This document shows, one piece after another, positions 9,630 to 19,111 of a stretch of DNA of 64,000 nucleotides. Under the pieces are notes generated by a model. The model made no database searches. It worked only from the letters and a program-made list of their open reading frames with translations, and had not been told where the DNA came from. The position numbers were made by a program, and so were the translations under genes. Within the stretch, counting starts at the first letter, position 1; the number at the start of each line of letters is the position of its first letter. This DNA is from an uncultured cyanobacterium (GTDB taxonomy: Bacteria > Cyanobacteriota > Cyanobacteriia > PCC-6307 > Cyanobiaceae), in assembly GCA_963765575.1 (NCBI GenBank), contig CAVXWZ010000002.1, forward strand, positions 608,001 through 672,000. Reading direction: 5' to 3'.

Positions 9630-10375
9630 GGCGCCGTCACCCGCACCTGCACCCAGTCGATCGCCTCAGCCGGGGCACTGAGCTGCACCACCGCTTCGGG
9701 GGCCGGCACCGCCTGCTCATTCACGCTCTGGACCACGCCCACGGTGAGATTCGGCGGCAGCAGCGTGCTGGCGGGGGAGGTGGTGACGACGTCGCCGGGC
9801 CGCACACCCACATCCTGCTGGATGAAGCGCAGCAGGGGGCGGTCCGTGCCCTGGCCCACGAGCATGCCGTGGTGCCGCACCCGCCCCACCCACACGCCCA
9901 CGCGGCTGGAGGAGTCGGTGAGCAGGGTGACGGTGGCGGTGGTGGGGGTGACGCTGGCCACCCGGCCCAGCAGCCCGCCCGGGGCGAGCACCGCGGCACC
10001 GCTGGCCACCCCCTGCAGCGAACCGTGGCCGATCACCAGCTGCTGCCACCAACCCCCGGCCTGGCGGGAGATCACCGGGGCGCTGAGCAGGCCGCCGGAG
10101 CTGCCCTGGAGCTCCAGCAGCTCCCGCAGCCGCCTGTTGTCGGCCTCCAGTTGCTCCAGGCGGGTCTGCTGGTCGAGCTGCTGGGCGGCACGCAGCCAGG
10201 CCGACTGGGCACTGCCGGGCCAGAACGGCCGACTGAGCAGGGCATAGGCATCGCTGAGCAGCGCCCCCTTGCTCAGCCGCACGGCCGCCAGGGCCAGCAA
10301 CACCAGCAGCCAGGGCCAGGCTGCGGTGAGCAGGCGCAGCGGCGGGAGGCGCAGCCTGCGGCCCGGCGACTGCAT
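9626..10375 (-). CDS. mreC: Rod shape-determining protein MreC
   Basis: TM helix, coiled coil (LEADNRRLRELL), GGLLGRV, GDVVTTS; lies between mreB and mreD. Confidence 0.92.
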   Translation of the reverse strand: MQSPGRRLRLPPLRLLTAAWPWLLVLLALAAVRLSKGALLSDAYALLSRPFWPGSAQSAWLRAAQQLDQQTRLEQLEADNRRLRELLELQGSSGGLLSAPVISRQAGGWWQQLVIGHGSLQGVASGAAVLAPGGLLGRVASVTPTTATVTLLTDSSSRVGVWVGRVRHHGMLVGQGTDRPLLRFIQQDVGVRPGDVVTTSPASTLLPPNLTVGVVQSVNEQAVPAPEAVVQLSAPAEAIDWVQVRVTAP

Positions 10376-10380
10376 CGCGA

Positions 10381-11427
10381 TCAGGCCAGCTGGCGCACGA
10401 AGTCAGGGGTGTCGAGCACGCGCTCCAGACGTTTGTAGTCCTCGAGCACCATGCCGCAACCCTGCACCACACACAACAGCGGCTCTTCGGCCACATGGGT
10501 GAGGATGCCGGTCTCGTGGCTGATCAGGTCACTGATGCCGCGCACCATGGCGCCGCCACCGGCGAGCATGATGCCGCGATCGACGATGTCGGCGGCCAGC
10601 TCGGGGGGCGTGCGCTCGAGGGTGCGCTTCACCGCCTCCACGATCACGTTCAGCGGTTCGGCCATCGCCTCGCGGATGTCGCCGGCGCGCACGTTGATGG
10701 TGCGGGGCAGACCGGAGAGCAGGTGCAGGCCGCGCACATCCATCGACGTCTCGTCGTGGACCTCATCGGGGAAGGCGGAGCCGATGCGGATCTTGATGTC
10801 CTCGGCGGTGCGTTCCCCCACCACCAGGTTGTGCACCTTCTTGAGATACACGCCGATGGCATCGCTGAGCTCATCGCCGGCCACCCGCACCGATTCGCTG
10901 AGCACGGTGCCGCCGAGGCTGAGCACCGCCACCTCGGTGGTGCCGCCGCCGATGTCCACGATCATCGTGCCCACGGGCTCGGTCACCGGCAGGCCGGCGC
11001 CAATCGCCGCGGCCACGGGCTCATCGATCAGGTGCACCTCGCGGGCGCCGGCCAGGCCGGCCTCGCGCACGGCGCGGCGCTCGACGCCGGTGACGCCGCT
11101 GGGGATGCCGATCACCAGGCGCGGCGCCACGATGCCGCGGCCCTCATTGCCCTTCTGGATGAAGGTCTTGATCATTTGCTCGGCGGCGTCGAAATCGGCG
11201 ATCACGCCGTCGCGCAGCGGCCGGATGGCCCGGATGTTGCCGGGGGTGCGGCCGAGCATCATCTTGGCCTCATCACCCACGGCCAGGGGCACGCCACGCT
11301 CGAGATCGAGGGCCACCACCGAGGGCTCCTGGAGCACAATGCCCTTGCCGGACACGTACATGAGGGTGTTGGCCGTTCCCAGGTCGATGCCGATGTCGCG
11401 GGAGAACTGAAAGCGACGGAAAAACAC
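10381..11427 (-). CDS. mreB: Rod shape-determining protein MreB
   Basis: DIGIDLGTANT, RPLRDGVIADF, IVDIGGGTTEVA, LAGGGA. GTG start at 11427. Confidence 0.98.
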   Translation of the reverse strand: MFFRRFQFSRDIGIDLGTANTLMYVSGKGIVLQEPSVVALDLERGVPLAVGDEAKMMLGRTPGNIRAIRPLRDGVIADFDAAEQMIKTFIQKGNEGRGIVAPRLVIGIPSGVTGVERRAVREAGLAGAREVHLIDEPVAAAIGAGLPVTEPVGTMIVDIGGGTTEVAVLSLGGTVLSESVRVAGDELSDAIGVYLKKVHNLVVGERTAEDIKIRIGSAFPDEVHDETSMDVRGLHLLSGLPRTINVRAGDIREAMAEPLNVIVEAVKRTLERTPPELAADIVDRGIMLAGGGAMVRGISDLISHETGILTHVAEEPLLCVVQGCGMVLEDYKRLERVLDTPDFVRQLA

Positions 11428-11574
11428 GGGGCGGGACCAGGCCGGAAGGCGCCGAATCATAGGGGGGTGTTACGGCCCCACCCCCGCGGTGGCACTGGAA
11501 GAACGGTGGCGCCGCAGGCCGAAATCCGGACCCGGGTGCCGCATCATTGATCCCTACGAACGAGGACACACGCC

Positions 11575-11988
11575 ATGGGCGTCAACTCCATCACCCTGGT
11601 GGGCCGTGCCGGCCGCGACCCTGAGGTGCGGTACTTCGAATCCGGCAGCATGGTCGCCAATCTCACCCTGGCGGTGAACCGGCGCAGCCGCGACGACGAA
11701 CCCGACTGGTTCAACCTCGAGATCTGGGGCAAGCAGGCCCAGGTGGCAGCCGACTATGTGCGCAAGGGCTCCCTGCTCGGAATCATCGGCAGCTTCAAGC
11801 TCGACCGCTGGACCGACCGCAGCAGCGGCGAGGAGCGCACCAAGCCGGTGATCCGCGTGGACCGGCTGGAGCTGCTGGGCTCCAAGCGCGACGGCGAAGC
11901 CGCCATGGCGGGCGCTGGCAGCTACGGCAGTGGCGGCGCCGGTGGCTTTGGCGGCGGCGAGCCCAGCGAGGAGGAAGTGCCCTTCTGA
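11575..11988 (+). CDS. ssb: Single-stranded DNA-binding protein
   Basis: NSITLVGRAGRDPEVRYF, WFNLEIWGKQA, acidic C-terminal tail EEEVPF. Confidence 0.97.
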   Translation: MGVNSITLVGRAGRDPEVRYFESGSMVANLTLAVNRRSRDDEPDWFNLEIWGKQAQVAADYVRKGSLLGIIGSFKLDRWTDRSSGEERTKPVIRVDRLELLGSKRDGEAAMAGAGSYGSGGAGGFGGGEPSEEEVPF

Positions 11989-12103
11989 GCGCCGCGCCGT
12001 GGCGCTCGGGCTGGTTCAGCGCTCACAGGCTGTGCTGAGACCTGTGCAGAACGCCGAAAGGCAGAACCCTCACCCTGCACTGCCGCCAGCCCCCCGGCCC
12101 CGA

Positions 12104-12159
12104 GTCAGCCCGCCGAGGGGCGTCCGGCCCCTGGCCGGTGGCCGCCCGACGCGGGCTGA
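12104..12159. terminator. Possible hairpin between convergent ssb and ahcY
   Basis: Inverted repeat TCAGCCCGC…GCGGGCTGA enclosing smaller GC stems; no U-tract. Confidence 0.35.
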
Positions 12160-12171
12160 GCAGGCGGCACC

Positions 12172-13608
<1,437 letters not shown>

Positions 13609-13701
13609 GCTCCTGAAAAGCGCTCGCTCCCGACTGGGAGGGCGTGGATGGGAAATATCTGCAGAGACGCCGAGGCTTCGGGCTCGCTGGGCGGCAATCT
13701 A
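13609..13701 (-). promoter_or_regulatory. Putative ahcY promoter (-10 TAGATT) and structured 5' leader
   Basis: TAGATT on minus at 13701-13696; hairpins at 13671-13686 and 13627-13640 in the predicted leader. Confidence 0.5.
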
Positions 13702-13721
13702 CCGAGAGTCTCCCGAGCGCC

Positions 13722-14252
13722 GTGAACCCGAGCTCCCCGCCCGCCGCCAGCCCGCGCCCAGGCGCAGGCCGGGGCAGGCAGCACTGGCGGCTGGCGGATG
13801 CCGCGGCCACCCGGGCCCTGGGACGGGATCTCGCCCCCCGGCTGCTGGCCGCCCAGCTGCCCCTGCTGCTGGAGGGGGAGCTGGGCGCCGGCAAAACCTG
13901 CCTGGTGCAAGGGATCGCGGCGGGGCTGGACATCGCCGAGCCGATCACCAGCCCCAGCTACGCCCTGGCCCAGCACTACACAGGCCGCCACCCCGACGGC
14001 ACCGCCACCGCCCTGGTGCATCTGGACCTCTACCGCCTGGAGCAACCGGCGGCGGCCGAGGAGCTGTTCGCCCAGGAGGAGGAAGCGGCCGCAGAGTTGG
14101 GGGCGCTGCTGGCGGTGGAGTGGCCCGAGCGGCTGCGGGCCCTGCCGCCGCAGGCCTGGTGGCTGCACCTGGAGCTGGCCGATCCCGTCGACCCCGACGC
14201 GGGCCGCGTGGCCTGGCTCCAAGGTCCGGCCTGCCTCAACCAGGGCGGCTGA
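13722..14252 (+). CDS. tsaE: tRNA threonylcarbamoyladenosine biosynthesis ATPase TsaE
   Basis: LEGELGAGKTCLVQG P-loop, ITSPSY, HLDLYRL, VEWPER. GTG start assumed. Confidence 0.92.
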   Translation: MNPSSPPAASPRPGAGRGRQHWRLADAAATRALGRDLAPRLLAAQLPLLLEGELGAGKTCLVQGIAAGLDIAEPITSPSYALAQHYTGRHPDGTATALVHLDLYRLEQPAAAEELFAQEEEAAAELGALLAVEWPERLRALPPQAWWLHLELADPVDPDAGRVAWLQGPACLNQGG

Positions 14253-15273
14253 GGCAGGCCCGGACCTGGGCCAGGGTGGGCTGGGGCTCGATGGCGCCGG
14301 AGCCCTGGCACACCAGGGCGCCACAGGCGCTGGCGAAGCGCATCAGCTCCGTCAGGGCCGCCGCATCGGTCCCATCGAGCAGCTCGGGGCGGGCGCAGAG
14401 CCCGTGCAGCAGGCCGGCGGTGAAGGCGTCGCCGGCGCCGGTGGTATCGAGCGGGGTGATCGGCAAGGGGGCCAGGGCACCGCGCGCCGCACCGCAGCAC
14501 CAGCGCACCGGATTGGGGCCATCGCTCACCACCACGGCCGGCCGGCCGGGCAACGCGGCGCTGAGCAGCGCCGGATCGTCGCTGCCGCAGAGCCACAGCG
14601 CCTCCTCACGGGCGCACTTGATCAGGGCCGCCTGCTCCAGCAGGGGCTGGCAGCGGCGCAGCTGGCCGGCATCGGGACCGCTGGCCGGGTCGGCGGCCGG
14701 ATCCCAGAAGGTGGGTCGCCAGTTGACATCCACCGCCACCGCCACGGCGACCGCCGCGGCCCGCCGCAACGCCACCTCCAGGGCAGCGGCGGCGGCAGGG
14801 GAGGCAAGCGGAATGGTGCCCACCAACAGCCAACGCGCCGCCGGCAGCAGCGCCGGGAGCGCGGTCGCCAGCGCATCGGCGGCGAGGGCCTGATCCGCGA
14901 AGCCCGCGTCCCGGCCACCGGCGAAGCCGCCAAACTGGCGCTCGCCGCCGGCATCGCGGCGCACCAGCACGATGCGGCTGGGCCGCTCGGGATCGCGCTG
15001 CAGGCCGCCGGTGTCCACACCGCGGCTGGCGAACAGACGGGCGAATTCAGCGCCGATGGCGTCGCTGCCCAGCCGGCCCAGAAAGGCCGCCGGCGTTCCC
15101 AGGCGCGCCAGGGCGCAGGCCACGTTGGCCGGGGCACCACCAAGGCAGTCGACACCGGCGCTGGCCGGGTCACCGCCGGGGGGACCGAGGCGATCCACCA
15201 ACGCCTCACCCAGGCAGAGCACCTGAGGGGCAGGGGTGGCCGTTGTGGTGGACGGCGCTGGCGATGGGAGCAT
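14236..15273 (-). CDS. PfkB-family carbohydrate kinase (fructokinase-like)
   Basis: CLGEALVD, GGAPANVA, DVNWRP, DTTGAGDAFTAG. Confidence 0.92.
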   Translation of the reverse strand: MLPSPAPSTTTATPAPQVLCLGEALVDRLGPPGGDPASAGVDCLGGAPANVACALARLGTPAAFLGRLGSDAIGAEFARLFASRGVDTGGLQRDPERPSRIVLVRRDAGGERQFGGFAGGRDAGFADQALAADALATALPALLPAARWLLVGTIPLASPAAAAALEVALRRAAAVAVAVAVDVNWRPTFWDPAADPASGPDAGQLRRCQPLLEQAALIKCAREEALWLCGSDDPALLSAALPGRPAVVVSDGPNPVRWCCGAARGALAPLPITPLDTTGAGDAFTAGLLHGLCARPELLDGTDAAALTELMRFASACGALVCQGSGAIEPQPTLAQVRACLSRPG

Positions 15274-16457
15274 CAGGCGGCCGGGCGGCTCTCCCCAGCC
15301 TGCTGCCCATCGACGCCTGGATCCAGCCGCGCCTGCAGCGCCGCGATGATGCGGGCGTTGGCGGCCGGGAAGGGGAAGTTGGCCAGTTGCCCGGGCCGCA
15401 CCCAGCGCACCTGCTGACTGGCGAGCGGCTGGGGTTCGCCCGCCAGCCAGCGGCACAGGTGCACCACGAAGCGCAGCCTCTTGTGGCTGTAGGCGTGATC
15501 GAGGGTGATCAGTTCATCCCCCACCGCCACCTCAATCGCCAGCTCTTCGCCCAGCTCGCGCACGATGGTGGCCGCGATCGCTTCGCCCGGCTCCTGCTTG
15601 CCGCCGGGGAACTCCCAGAGGCCACCCAGCAGGCCCTCGTTGAGCCGCTGATCAATCAGCACCTCGCCGGCTCCGTTGAGCACCACCCCCACGCCGATCA
15701 CCTGGAAGGGCAGCGGGCGCGGGGCATCCTTCACGGGATAGGCGGCGGCGTCGCCGGCAGCGTAGGCAGCGCAGTGCCCCTGCCAGGGACAGGCGCCGCA
15801 ATCGGGCTTGCGGGGGGTGCAGACGGTGGCGCCCAGGTCCATCAGCGCCTGGTTGAACGCCCGGGGCCGCTGCGGATCGAGCAGCCGTTCACTCAGTTGC
15901 CAGAACCCCGCGAGCTGCCGCGCCGGCGGCCGCGGGCTGGCGATCAGCCGCGCCAGCACCCGCTTGACATTGCCGTCGAGGATCGCGAACGGCAGATCAA
16001 AAGCCGAGGACAGGATGCTGCCGGCGGTGCTGCGGCCGATCCCCGGCAGCGCCAGCCAAGCCTCGAGCGTGCGCGGCCAGGGTTCACCGGCCGCCCCACC
16101 CGGCCCAGCCGCCGCCCCCAGCAGCTGCCGCGCCGCCTGCTGCAACCGCCGGGCGCGGGCGTAGTAGCCCAGCCCCTGCCAGAGCAGCAGCAGATCGTGC
16201 GCATCGGCCGCCGCCAGGCCCTCCAGCGTGGGCCATGCGGCCATCCAGCGCCGCCAGTAGGGCAGTGCCACCTGCAGCTGGGTCTGCTGCAGCATCACCT
16301 CGGCGACCCAGATCGGGTAAGGATCCAACGCCTCACCCGGCCCGGGCAAGTGGCCATCGCACCGCTGTTTCCAGGGGATAGCCTGCCGACCGTGCTCCTG
16401 CCACCAGGCCAGCAGCTGCTGGCGCAGCTCGGCTCGATGGAGGTCGGCCCGGATCAC
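15273..16457 (-). CDS. mutY: A/G-specific adenine glycosylase MutY fused to a C-terminal MutT/Nudix domain
   Basis: EVMLQQTQ, WQGLGYYARAR, HhH LPGIGRSTA, LDGNVKRV, FeS motif CTPRKPDCGACPWQGHC, Nudix box GGKQEPGEAIAATIVRELGEELAI. Confidence 0.93.
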   Translation of the reverse strand: MIRADLHRAELRQQLLAWWQEHGRQAIPWKQRCDGHLPGPGEALDPYPIWVAEVMLQQTQLQVALPYWRRWMAAWPTLEGLAAADAHDLLLLWQGLGYYARARRLQQAARQLLGAAAGPGGAAGEPWPRTLEAWLALPGIGRSTAGSILSSAFDLPFAILDGNVKRVLARLIASPRPPARQLAGFWQLSERLLDPQRPRAFNQALMDLGATVCTPRKPDCGACPWQGHCAAYAAGDAAAYPVKDAPRPLPFQVIGVGVVLNGAGEVLIDQRLNEGLLGGLWEFPGGKQEPGEAIAATIVRELGEELAIEVAVGDELITLDHAYSHKRLRFVVHLCRWLAGEPQPLASQQVRWVRPGQLANFPFPAANARIIAALQARLDPGVDGQQAGESRPAA

Positions 16458-16672
16458 CGCCGCAGTCGGCCCACGGCATACCCAGCCAGCAAGCCAGCCG
16501 CCGCACCGATGTCAAAACTGAAACTGCGGCGGGGGTGCGCTGGCGCAGGCTTCAGCTGCTTCGCCTCCCCAGGCGGCTGGCGTTGTAGGCGCTCGGCGCC
16601 CTCAATCTCGCGCTCCAGGCGCTGGAGCTCATCGGCTGCGCTCATGTCCCCAGCCTGCACCACGACGCGCAT
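16454..16672 (-). CDS. Hypothetical small protein with C-terminal hydrophobic helix
   Basis: About 72 aa; stop overlaps the mutY GTG (GTGA coupling); ends GAAAGLLAGYAVGRLRR. Confidence 0.45.
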   Translation of the reverse strand: MRVVVQAGDMSAADELQRLEREIEGAERLQRQPPGEAKQLKPAPAHPRRSFSFDIGAAAGLLAGYAVGRLRR

Positions 16673-16928
16673 CAATTCTGGCCACCTGGGCAGTGGCCGT
16701 CGGCATGGACGACGTGCGCCTCAAGCTCAAGGCCTCGCAGGCCAGTCCAGGTGGAGGCCCTGCCGGTGCAGGGGCCGAGGGCGCCAACGCCCGCGATCAG
16801 CCAGCGGCTGGCTTGCTGAAAGGCCCCTGGCCATCAACACTGGATTCAGCCCCATCCCCGCGCCCTCCATGCCGCAGCCGACGCCAAAGCCGCACTCAGC
16901 GCAAATGGTTCCGCATCGCCAGCGGGCC

Positions 16929-18056
16929 ATGGCGTTCCCCGGCACCGTGGCCAGGGCACTTCCCCATGGCCTGGCCCTGGGCCTGCTGCTGCTGAGCGCG
17001 GCCCCGCCGGCTGTGGCCGGCAAGGCCAAGCCTGTGGCCAAAGCGCTCGGGCCCCTGCCCGCCAGCTGGGTGGGCGACATTCCGGGCGCCTCGGGGGCGA
17101 TCCGCTGGCAGGTGGACCTGGAGGCCGACGGCACCTTCCAGCTGCGCCAGACCTACCTGAACCGCGACCCGGGGCAGAACTTCGACGACATCGGCCGCTG
17201 GCGGCTCGAGTCCGGCGGCAAGCGCCTGGTGCTGCAGGGCGGCCGCGAGGCCCCGGTGTTCCTGCAGCCGAAGCGCAACGGCCGCAGACTGCGCAAGCTC
17301 AACCTGGAGGGCCAGCGGATCCGCTCCGGGCTCAACGACCGGCTGACGCGCATGGACCCGCCCGAGCCGATCGACCCGCGCCTCAACCTGGTGGGCCTGT
17401 TCCGCTACATGGCCGATGCGCCCAGCATCGAGCTCTGTGCCACCGGCCGCACCCTGCCCGTGGCGATGGAGGCCGACTACCTGCCGCTGGAGCGGGCCTA
17501 CCTGCAAAGCAAAGCCGCTGGAGCGCCGCGGCTGGTGAGCATCGACGGCCTGATCACCAACCGGCCGTCAATGGAGGAGAGCCAGCCGCCGCAGCGCACC
17601 GTGGTGGTGAAGACCTTCGCCAAGCTCTCCGACCGCCAGAACTGTCCCAGTGCCGAGGCACTGCCGCTGCGGGGCACCAGCTGGCGGCTGCAGAGCCTGG
17701 AGCGTGAAGACGGGCCGGCTCCAGCCCCGACCAGCGGCCGGCCGGTGGAGCTGCTGTTCGATCCCGACAGCGACCGGGTGAGCGGTAGCGGTGGCTGCAA
17801 CCGCTTGATGGGGGGCTTCGAGCTCAACGGCGCCAAGCTGCGCTTCTCCCCCCTGGCCAGCACCAAGATGGCCTGCCCGCCGGCGCTGATGGACTTCGAG
17901 ATGCGGATGTTCCAGGCCCTTGAGCAGGTGCGGGGCTGGCAGATCGAGGCCGAAACCCTGGCGCTGCTGGATGCCGGCGGTCGCACGCTGCTGGCGTTCA
18001 AGGCCGTCCCCAAAGCCGATGGCCAGGCGGACAGCCCGGCTCAGACGACCCGGTAG
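16929..18056 (+). CDS. Secreted NlpE-like plus META (HslJ) domain protein
   Basis: Signal peptide, NlpE-like N-domain (WVGDIPGASG, DGTFQLRQTYL, DDIGRW), OB-like GLFRYMADA, META domain (LRGTSWRL, VSGSGGCNRLMG, ASTKMACP). Confidence 0.82.
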   Translation: MAFPGTVARALPHGLALGLLLLSAAPPAVAGKAKPVAKALGPLPASWVGDIPGASGAIRWQVDLEADGTFQLRQTYLNRDPGQNFDDIGRWRLESGGKRLVLQGGREAPVFLQPKRNGRRLRKLNLEGQRIRSGLNDRLTRMDPPEPIDPRLNLVGLFRYMADAPSIELCATGRTLPVAMEADYLPLERAYLQSKAAGAPRLVSIDGLITNRPSMEESQPPQRTVVVKTFAKLSDRQNCPSAEALPLRGTSWRLQSLEREDGPAPAPTSGRPVELLFDPDSDRVSGSGGCNRLMGGFELNGAKLRFSPLASTKMACPPALMDFEMRMFQALEQVRGWQIEAETLALLDAGGRTLLAFKAVPKADGQADSPAQTTR

Positions 18057-19097
18057 CGCTCGGGATCGGCGAGCATCGCCCGCAGATCCGGCACCGCGGC
18101 GAGCCGCTCGCCGGTGCGCAGCCGCAGCAGGCGCGAGTGGAACGCCCCCCGTTCCACACCCTGCCAACGCCAGCACAGCACCTGCCAGTCGAGGCCCAGC
18201 AGCCGATAGAGCCAGCTGCTCAGCCGCAGCCGCCGGCGTAACCAGCTCGTCGCCCTGGGAGCGAGCGTCCATGGGGCGGCCCACCTCCCGGGCCAGCCGC
18301 CGCAGCCGGCGAGGGATGCGGGCACGGAACTGGCGGGGGCTGCACTGGCTCAGCAGCTGCACCAGCCGCTGGTGCTCGGGGGTGCTGGCGTCGTAGCGCC
18401 GCCTGCTGCCGCGGTGGTTGTGGGTCACCACCCGCACCCCGAGCAATCGGGATCCGAACACGAAGCGGCCCCCCAGGCGCCAGGCCCGCAGCAGCCAGTC
18501 GCGCAGGGGGGTGCGCCAGAGGCGGCTGGAGTGGGTCCAGGGCCCGACACGCCGGGCGAAGGCCGTGCGCACGAGCCAGAAACTGCTGGGGTCATAGAAA
18601 AGATCCTCGGGCCGCAGGAGCAGGCGCAGATCCCGCAACTGCGGCCGCACCGTCAGCCGCTTCATGAAGGCGGGACGGATGCAGCCATCAGCATCCAGGT
18701 GGCAGTCGATCAGCTTGACCGCCGGGGCGATGAGGATGTCGGCCCGGCTGCGGCGCAGCAGGGGCAAGGCCTGCTGCAGATGGTCCCTGAGCAGGATGTC
18801 GTCGTGGTTGAGAAAGCAGACCACCGGAGCACGGGCCAGGGCCAGGCCGAAGGAATTGGGCCCGGACTGTTCACCGAAGCGCTCGGTGAGGTTGTAAAAA
18901 CGCAGGCGCGGATCGGCCAGAGCCGCCACCATCGCACCGGTCTCGGCATCGCAGCAGTCGCCCACGATGATGGCCTCCCAGGCGTTGACGTTCTGCAGCT
19001 GCAGCGCCCGCAACGTGCTGCGCAGGGCATCCACCCGCTTGTAGGTGGCGATCACAAAGCTCACCCGGGGCTTCTTCACTGCGTCGATCGCCATCAC
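18041..19097 (-). CDS. Glycosyltransferase family 2, interrupted by a +1 frameshift near 18263
   Basis: VSFVIATYKR, IIVGD, FLNHDD in the 19097 frame. The protein-like C-terminus (WLYRLLGLDW…DPERYRVV*) is in the frame ending at 18041, while the uncorrected frame runs 489 bp antisense into the META gene. Confidence 0.75.
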
Positions 19098-19111
19098 CTC
19101 ATCCCATCGAC

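Noticed and set aside
15243..16928. N-terminal ~560 aa of the 937-aa ORF, suggesting a giant fusion protein
   Set aside because: Antisense to mutY; the real protein begins at the signal peptide near 16929.
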